The notes under the pieces were generated by a model. That model was not told where the DNA came from. It worked only from the letters and a program-made list of their open reading frames with translations, and ran no database searches. This document shows, piece by piece, positions 51,201-60,200 of a stretch of DNA of 64,000 bases (positions are counted from its first letter, which is position 1; each line of letters starts with the position of its first letter). The position numbers and the translations under genes were made by a program. The stretch is from positions 15,562,001-15,626,000 of the forward strand of contig NC_082730.1 in assembly GCF_030144855.1 (NCBI RefSeq). Direction: 5' to 3'. This stretch comes from Hypanus sabinus (lineage: Eukaryota).

Positions 51201-54200
51201 CCACAGAACGCCCGTCTGTTCCTTTGCTTCGATTTTCATCACCAACAAGTGGCTTAAGTTGTGTGGACTCCATGTCAGTGTCCTGCGAGTCTGTCCATGA
51301 ATCCCTTCCCATTCAGTACTCATGGTATGAAAAGACGCCATCTGGGGATTCAAAGATCTCTGACACCAACAAACTGGATCTACATTGTCAATCCTTACAA
51401 TACAAAAAATATCTGTATTATTGCAAAGCCTCAAATAATCAAGGAGAAGAGTCCAGTGAAATGGTCAGAGTGTCCATCTCCAACAGTGTCAGCACTTGCA
51501 GAAATGTGATTGAAGTCAAAAGCACGGGTAAGTGGTGCAGGGTTTGATTCTTTATGATGGTCAATGGAGTAGAACTGAATGACTGAATGCTGTATATTGT
51601 GTTGTTGGAACTTCATTCAGGAACATGGAGTGTATGTTGTCACCACCTTTCAGAGAATGAAAAGCCTTTCAGCACAGCAGTTCAAACATGAGTCACTCTC
51701 TACAGTGTCTCCTGTCTCTGATCTGCTCTCACTGGCTGGGTGTGAATGTGTCTCATCCAGTAATATTTCTGGCTATTCATTAAGATTGTCCTTCTAAGAT
51801 AAAACACTCCAAAGTTCAAAGTAAATTATGCATATGTCACCATATACCACCCGGAGATCCATTTTCTTGTCAGCATTCACGGTAGATACAAATGAATAAA
51901 ACAGAGTCAATGTAAAACTACACACAATCAAAAATGGACAACAATCAATGTGCAAAATAAGACAGATTGTGCAAATATAAAAGAAACAATAAATAAATAC
52001 ATAAACAAACAAACAAACAAACAAACAAACAAACACAAATAAATAAATAAATTGATGGATGGATGGATGGACGAATGAATGAATGAATAAATAACAAGAG
52101 AAAATCTGCCAATACTGAAAAGGAAAGAACTGCACACAAAATTCTGGAGGAACTCAGAAGGCCAGGCAACATCTATTGAAAAGAGTCATCAGTCAACGTT
52201 TTGGAAAGACACCTTTCACCAGGACTGGAAAAAAAGAGATTAGAATTCAAAGTGAGAAAGTGGGGAGAGAGAGGGAGAAGTACAACATAATAGGTCAGAG
52301 GTGAAACAGACAGGGGGAGGGGTGAAGTAAAGAGCTAGGAAGTCAATTGATGAAAGTGTTAAAGGGCTGGAAAAGGAGAATTCTGATAGGAGAGGACAGG
52401 AGGCCATGGAAAGTACAGAAAGTGGAGAAGAACCAGAGTGAGGTCATGGGAAATTTAGGAGATAGGAGAGAGAGGGAAATTGGAATGGGGAAAGGTAAAG
52501 GAGATAAATATATAAATACTGAGAAGGTGAGTTGTACAGCCCTCAAAAGTGAGCCCATAGGTTGCAGAATCAGCTCTGTTGAAGAGAGTGAAGTAATCCA
52601 TGATGTTTCAGAAGCCTAATGATTGAAGGTAGTAACTGGTCCTGAACCTGGTAGTGTGGGGTCTAAGCCTCCTGCAACTCCTTCATACTGGCAGCAGTGA
52701 GATGAGAGCATGGTTTGAATAGTAGGAGTTCTAGCTGCTTCGATACACTCTGATACTTAGGACCCGCCGCCTTGATTTGGCTTCTATCCAACCTTTCCAT
52801 TGTGATTCAAAGCTTAAATTAGTCAGACATTGACGATCCTTGCTTTCGAGCCACCAGATTTGGTCCGATGAAAGATGTTCTTGTTATGGACAAAGGCAAG
52901 CCAAGGATCAACAGACTGATTTCTGGAATGCCACAAGTGACACGAGATCAGAGATTTTGTTGATTGGAGCTTTATTTGATGGAGTTCAGCAGGCTGAAAG
53001 CTGATCTCATAGAAACCTGCAGTATTTTAGCAGGATGATACAGATGCAGGTAGGATGCTTCCAATGCCAGGGAATACAGGGTAGTCCATGGAGTCTAACC
53101 TCCAAAAGGACCACAATCCTGTTGTTAGATTTGGAGACTTGCATGCCTGAGTAACTCAGACAGCTATGTTTGCTTGAAGGGTCACCCATGGCCAAACAGG
53201 ACAAAGGGTAGAGACCAGCCTTAGAGTGGTCCACCAGTCCTCCAGGTTCAGGGGTTCAGCTCAGGACTCACGACCCTGACTGCTTAAACAAAATTTTCAT
53301 GGAAACAAGTATCCTGCATCAGAGTTGGATGGTATTGCTCAGTCCCCATCCGGGACTTGCATGACTGACAGCAGAGAAAACCGAGAGGAATCTACTGACA
53401 TAATGAAGGAAGCCCTGAACACTGCCAGAGATAGGAGACCTTCATTGCTGCCTGAAAGGCCAGTAGTGTCATGGGCAGTAAGTAAGTAAACATGGACTCT
53501 GAAATAATCTGAGGGATGAGACATTTAAAACTGGGATTAGGAAGGATTTCTTCTCCCAGAATGTGATGAACCTGTGTTCAAGAAAGATTGAGATATTTCT
53601 CTCAGAGGTAGAGATGTCAAGAGATACGAGAAACAAAAGACCCTGCCTTTCAATCAGAAAACCTCCTGCATTAGCATGTTGGATAAAAAGTGTAGCAGTG
53701 TATCCAAATTGCCAGTAAATGTAATTGGGTGCACAGGAGCACTGCAATTAGTGTAACACTATGACAGCACCAGCTATCAGTGATCAGGGTCCAATTCCCA
53801 CTACTGTTTGTACGTACTCCCAGTGACCAAGTGGGTTTACTCCAGGTGCCGCAGTTTCCTCCCACATTTCAGTGATGCACAGGTTAGGATTAGTAAATCC
53901 TGCGCAAGCCATTTTGGTGCTGCAAGCATGGCACACTTGCAGGCTGCCCCAGCACTAAGTCTGTTGGTTGCTGTTGTAAACAATGATTTTCACTGCATGA
54001 TCTGATGTAAATGTGACAAATAAATCCCATCTTTAATCTTTAAGTGTGCCTTGGGTAAAAATCACCTTTGGTCCACCATGCTCAAATTCCTATCTTCTAA
54101 CTATTGTGCTCTCTTGTTCTTGCAATTACAAAGCAGATAACATTAAATTTTCTTTTCTTTTAAGGGCCAATTCATTTCTGTGAAAATACTGTGACAGAAT

Positions 54201-57200
54201 CGATGATGACTGCACAAAGGAAAGAAACTACTTCACCTCAAACGTAAAGTATAAGGTTCTCTCTTCCGGTTGTTTCACTGTAACTGCTTTCAAACAGAGC
54301 CAGCTGGGAGAGAAATGCTTTTCTCTTTAACTGGTATTAAACATATTTGACATGATTAACTTCAATGAAATGATTTATTGGAAACTGAGTAATACAGATT
54401 TTCTTGTGCATGCATCAAGCCTGAGATCAAAGATAAATTTCTTTTCCCAAATATTTAATCATTTAAGCATAGCAGTTGAAGCTCATGTATGGAGTCATAA
54501 AGTGATTGTTATATATTAGAACAACAGGCCCTTCAGCCTGACACATCCAAACCAACGAAGATGTTCATCTAAGCTTGGCACATTTAATTTTAGTTATCCC
54601 ATATTCTTCTCTGCCAGGGGCTCTCAACTTAGTGTCAAGTCCAGTCCAGTCCAGTCAAGTCAAGTTTATTGTCATTTACATGCCTACTGTCCAGTGAAAC
54701 ACTGTTTCTCCAAAACAAATTGTAAAGTACTGTAATTTACATAATGCATAATAACTAATGAAAATGGGGATGAAATCTACAGATTAATTACACATAAATA
54801 AACAAATTGAAGTGCATGAATTAAGTATTGTAAGGTCCATGGCATAAAAAAGTTCATGAACTTTTGAGAGGTATAGATAGATGGATAGTCAGTACCTGTT
54901 TCCCAGGGCACCAATAGCAAACACCAGAGGGCATATGTATAAAATTAAGGGAGGGAAGTTTAGGGGAGACATCAGGGGTAAGTTTTTTACACAGAGGGTA
55001 TTGAGTGCCTGGAATGACTTGCCAGGGATGGTGGTGAAGGCTAAAACATTATGGTTATTTAAGAGCCTCTTGGACAGGCACATGGATGAAAGAAAAATGG
55101 AGGGTTACGGGGTAGTGTTGGTTTAGTACTTTTTTTAAAGGATTGTATGGGTTGGCACAACATGGAGGGCTGAAGGGCCTGTATTGTGCTGTATGGTTCT
55201 ATGGTAACCCCTGTTCTAAGTCGTTCCTATCCTCGTATCTGTCAAAATGTCTTTTAAACTTTGTAAATGTATCCACTTCTATGGATTGCTATGGCAGCTT
55301 GTTCCATATACACAAGACCCTCTGTATGTAAAGTTGCTCCTTGGGTCCTTCCCCTACTCAATTTTAGCCTGCACCTGGTCACTTTACTGTCCGCTCCCCT
55401 TGTAAATTGACAGTGATCATTCGCTTTATTGATGCCCCCTCATGATTTTATATACCTCTGTTAAATGACCCATCAGCATTCTAAACTCTAGGGCAAAAGT
55501 CTCATCATATCCAACCTTCCATTATAACTCCAGCCCTACATTCTCAGGAATGTCCTCATGATTTTTCTGCTGCACCATTTCCAGTCTCATGATATCTTTT
55601 CTATAACCTGGAGACCACAACTGCACATGGTATTTGAAGAGTGGTCTCACTGACATCTTCTACAGCCATAACATAATATAATAATCTTGTACTCGATGCA
55701 CTGACCAACAAAGTAAATGTACCAAATGCCATCTTCAATACCCTGTTTACCTGTGTTACCACTTTCAGGTAACAATGTACCAGGAAGCCTCAGTCTGTTT
55801 TCTAGAACATTCTCCAACCATTTTACTGTATATGTCTTGCACTGGTTTAAACTTATTAAAATTCAAAACCTCCAATTTGAAGAATTCCACTACGACCCGC
55901 TAACTCTTTCCACCAAGCCAAAGTTATATTTAATTAGGTACCTAATGTTGATCCAATGTTGATCTAAACCTCAGCATAGTGTACTTGTCAAAGGCCTTAC
56001 TAAGGTTCATGTAGACAACATCCATTACCCTACCCTCACTGATCCTTTCTGTCTGTAATGAGCTCTTTCGGCCTGTGTGGGGAGCTGGACAGCATTCTGC
56101 TCCAAAGTTTTCAGGGTACCTGAATTACTTAATTGCAGTTTAACAAGAGTCGTTAATCCTTTAGAGATCCTTGGTTTTTTTCTTGAGCAACTCGCTGTTT
56201 GTAGTATGGACCCCAGTGCTTTCTCTTTAAACTTGTTAAGTTTATTTTGATAGACTCAGGAATTCCAGCAACACACACAAAATGCTGGTGGAATGCAGCA
56301 GGCCCTTCTGTGTTCTACCAGCGTTTTGTGTGTGGTGCTTGAATTTCCAGCATCTGCAGATTTTCTCGTGTTTGCGTTCAGGAATTCCATGTAACTTGTA
56401 TCACTTAAGCGGATGCCGGATTAGCGCTAATCATGGGGTCCTATTTGAGAGCATTCGGTGTTGCAGTTGCCGCTCAGCCAAGCCATTGATATTCTGGTGG
56501 AATTCCTATGAATAAACTTTGGTAACCATCTCTACATTGGAGATTGGCTTTCCAATGCAATTGGGTTCCAATATAGCCAGCGTACATTGTGACAATGTCA
56601 GATCTACAATATCTTGATCATATTGGTGAGATCTGATTCCCCATGCTGTCTATCCCTCACCAGTCCTTGCTTATCCAATTGCTCAGAATCCTCTCCTGTA
56701 ACGCTCCTTCCACTGATGTTGGTCTCACTGGCCTACAGCTTCCTGGTGTGCCTTTGTATCCCTTTTTAATAAAGACACAACATTTGCCTTCAATTCTCTG
56801 GACTTCTGTTACCTCACTTGTGATAACGATGATGCGAGTATCTCTGCCAAAGCATTAGTCATTTCCTCCCTATCTTCTCATAATTCCCTGCGTACACCTG
56901 CTCAAGCCCTATGAATTTAACCAAAAATTATATTCTTCAACACTGACAACAACTCCTCTTTTGTAATAATAATATATTCCAACAGAACTCTATTCACTTC
57001 CCTTAATTGCTTATCTTCCGTGGCCTGCTCCACAGTAACTAAAGATGAGAAATATTCATTTAAGACCTCACTGCTGTCCTGTAGCTCCACATGTGGATGA
57101 TCACATTAATCCTTGAAGGATCAGCTGTTCCTCTCTCCACACCTGCTGTCTGACATGCTGAGCATTCCCAGCACTTTTCTGCCAATATCTCAGGTATTGA

Positions 57201-60200
57201 TCACTTGAGGAATTTCTCTTTGGAAAAGAATGCATTCCTTTTGTTCAGATCTTTGCAATAAACAGGGGATAACACTGCACTGAAAGTCATTGTCTGGCTT
57301 GTTAGAGAGAGAGAGAGTGAGAGACAGAGACAGAAGAGAAGACAGAAAATACATCATAGATAGACAGATAGATACTTTATTCATCACCAAGGGGAAATTC
57401 AACATTTTTCCAGTGTCCCATACACTTATTGTAGCAAAACTAATTACATACAGTATTTAACTCAGTATAAATATGATATGCATCTAAAATCACCCTCCCA
57501 AAAAGCATTAATAAATAGCTTTTAAAAGTTCTTAAATAGTTCACTAAAGTGCATTGAGTGGTAACTTGGGTTAAGGCACTTAACATGTCTTGCCACTGGT
57601 GGTTGAATTGTAGAGCCGAATGGCGTTGGGGAGTAATGATCTCTTCATCCTGTCTGAGGAGCATTGCATTGACAGCAACCTGCCGCTGAAGCTGCTTCTC
57701 TGTCTCTGGATGGTGCTGTGCAGAGGATGTTCAGGGTTTTCCATGATTGACCATAGCCGACTCAGCGCCCTCCGCTCTGCCACCGATGTCATACTCTCCA
57801 GTTCTGTGCCCACGACAGAGCCCGCCTTCCTTACCAGCTTATTAAGACGTGAGGAGTCCCTCTTCTTAATGCTGCCTCCCCAGCACGCCACCACAAAGAA
57901 GAGGGCGCTCTCCACAACTGACCGAAAGAACATCTTCAGCATCTCACTCAAACATTGAATGACGCCAGCCTTCTGAGGAAGTACAGTCGACTCTGTGCTT
58001 TCCTCCACAGGGTTTAGTCAAATCATGGGTTTTAATCATGGGTTTAGTCAAATAATTAGTTATCATAATTTACATCCAATAAGATATATTTTGTCGGCTG
58101 GTCATTGGGAATCTGCAAGGGCATTATTTTAGGATCAACCCTACTTCCCTATCTGATATTAATTAATCTCTCCCTTACTACTCTTTTCCTTTTAATAGAT
58201 TTGTAAATCTCTCAGAATTTTCTTTTACATTATCTGCTTGAATTACCTCATATCCTCTATTTGTTTTCCTGATCTCTTTTAATTGTAAACCTACATCTCG
58301 TATATTCCTCAAGGGATTCACTTGATCCCAGCTGCCTATACCTTTCAAATGCCTTGTATTTCCTGACCAGTATCTCAATATCCCTTGCCAACCAGGATTT
58401 CCTAATCCTGCCTGTCTTGCACTTCACCCTTACAGGAACGTGTCATTCCTGAACTCTCCTGATCTGCACTGGAATGGAAATGGTGTCATGTTTACATCAC
58501 ACTGCTGTGTTATATCCTTAGTGAGGAAATTAGAATAAATTCTTCCATTTGCCATGACTCAGAGGGTGCTCCCTGTAATGTTTACCATGACAGTCCCATT
58601 ACTAACTATATCCCATGACATAAGTTGGATCGCACTTGTAAAGCTCTTGCAATGCTTCTTTACCATTGGTGCCACAGCAGAGAAAGTCACAGCAAGGCAA
58701 ACTCCCTGCTGTACTACAGGCTGAGGGTATCACACCAAGTTATTTCTCTAAGTGCTGGAAGTGTTCCTAAATGGCCTGGACAATAGTTAGTTTTCAGCCA
58801 ACATCACTATCATTGGTCATGATCACATTTCTGCTTGTGAGACCTTGCTGTGAGCAGATTGGCTGTTGCAAGTTCCCACACAGTCAACAGTGTCTAATGT
58901 TCATTTTCTAATCTGGAGACATCCTGAACTTCTGAAAAGTGTTGTGTAAATGTCAGACTTACAAATGGCCAAGAATAAATAGTGAACCAAGACTGACCCT
59001 TTCCTATTCTTTACCACAGACACACTTACACAATTGTGCTCAGTGTCGTTGGGATTCTACTCATACTGCTTGTCGTTTGTGTTCTTTGTTACCTGAAGAG
59101 AAAAAACAAGGGTAGGTTTCTTTTTTCCTTTAATTATTTCATGATGAATATGATAGATAGCTGCTGAATTTTAAGGAACTTGATTTGGCTGCAGTCAACA
59201 AAAAGCCAGGATTAGAATGCCAACGTGTGGGTTTACAACATATGAATGAATGGTGTTGCTTACACTGTAACCTGGTGACTCCATTCACAAGTTTCACAAG
59301 GATGATTCCAGGAATGGAAGTGTTATCATACGAGGAATGTTTACTGGCTCCGGGTCTGAACTTGCTGGAATTTAGAAGGATGAGGTGGGACCTCATTAAA
59401 CCCTTCGAATGTTAAAAGGCCTAGACAGAGTAGATGCTTTCCATGTTGGGAGAGTCTAGGACAAGATGGCACAGCCTCAGAATAGAGGAACGCTCATTTA
59501 AAACAGAGATGCAAAGAATTTTCTTTAGCCAGAAGGTGGTGAATTTGTGGAATTTGATTCCACATGCATCTGTGAAGGTCAAGTCGTTGGGTGTATTTAA
59601 GGCAGTGATTGAAGAGTTCTTGATTGGACACAGCATCAAAGATTACGGGAGAAGGCTGGGGAATGGGGTTGAGGAGGGGAGAAAAGGATCAGCCATGAAT
59701 GAATGGTCGAGCAGACTCGATGGGCCAAATGGTCTAATTCTGCTCCTATTTCTGAATATTATGTAGTAACCAGAGCAGAGGTTTGCTCTGTGTGGAGAAT
59801 CATTATTGTGTTGCAGCCTGGCTTCCCGTGGTTCTGAGATTCAATATGGGGGCCATGGTAACATAACGGTTCGCATGAAGCTATTACAGCTCAGGGTGTT
59901 CCAGAGTTTGTAGTTCAATTCCAGTGCCGTTCTGAAAGGAGTCTCTGGATGTCCTCCCTGTGGGATGCATGGATACACTCTGGGTCCTCCAGTTTCATCC
60001 CACAGTCCAAAGACGTACCAGGTAGATTAGAATATTTAGATTATGAGGACGCTCAGTCCTCGTTTATTGTCATTAAGAAATGCATGCATGTATTAAGAAA
60101 TGATACAATGTTCCTCCAGAGTGATATCACAAAAAAAACAGGACAAACCAAAGACTCACACTAACAAAACCACATCATTATAACATATAGTTACAGCAGT

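Larger units (their letters stand above)
36430..58758 (+). repeat. Segmental duplication, unit 2
   Basis: Collinear with 7170-26568. Longer because of unit-specific TE insertions. Confidence 0.92.

Noticed and set aside
54244-54246. In-frame TAA after the unit-2 stalk suggesting a secreted-only product
   Set aside because: The TAA lies inside the AC|GTAAAG donor. The phase-2 donor matches the phase-2 TM exon exactly, although intron retention would stop here.
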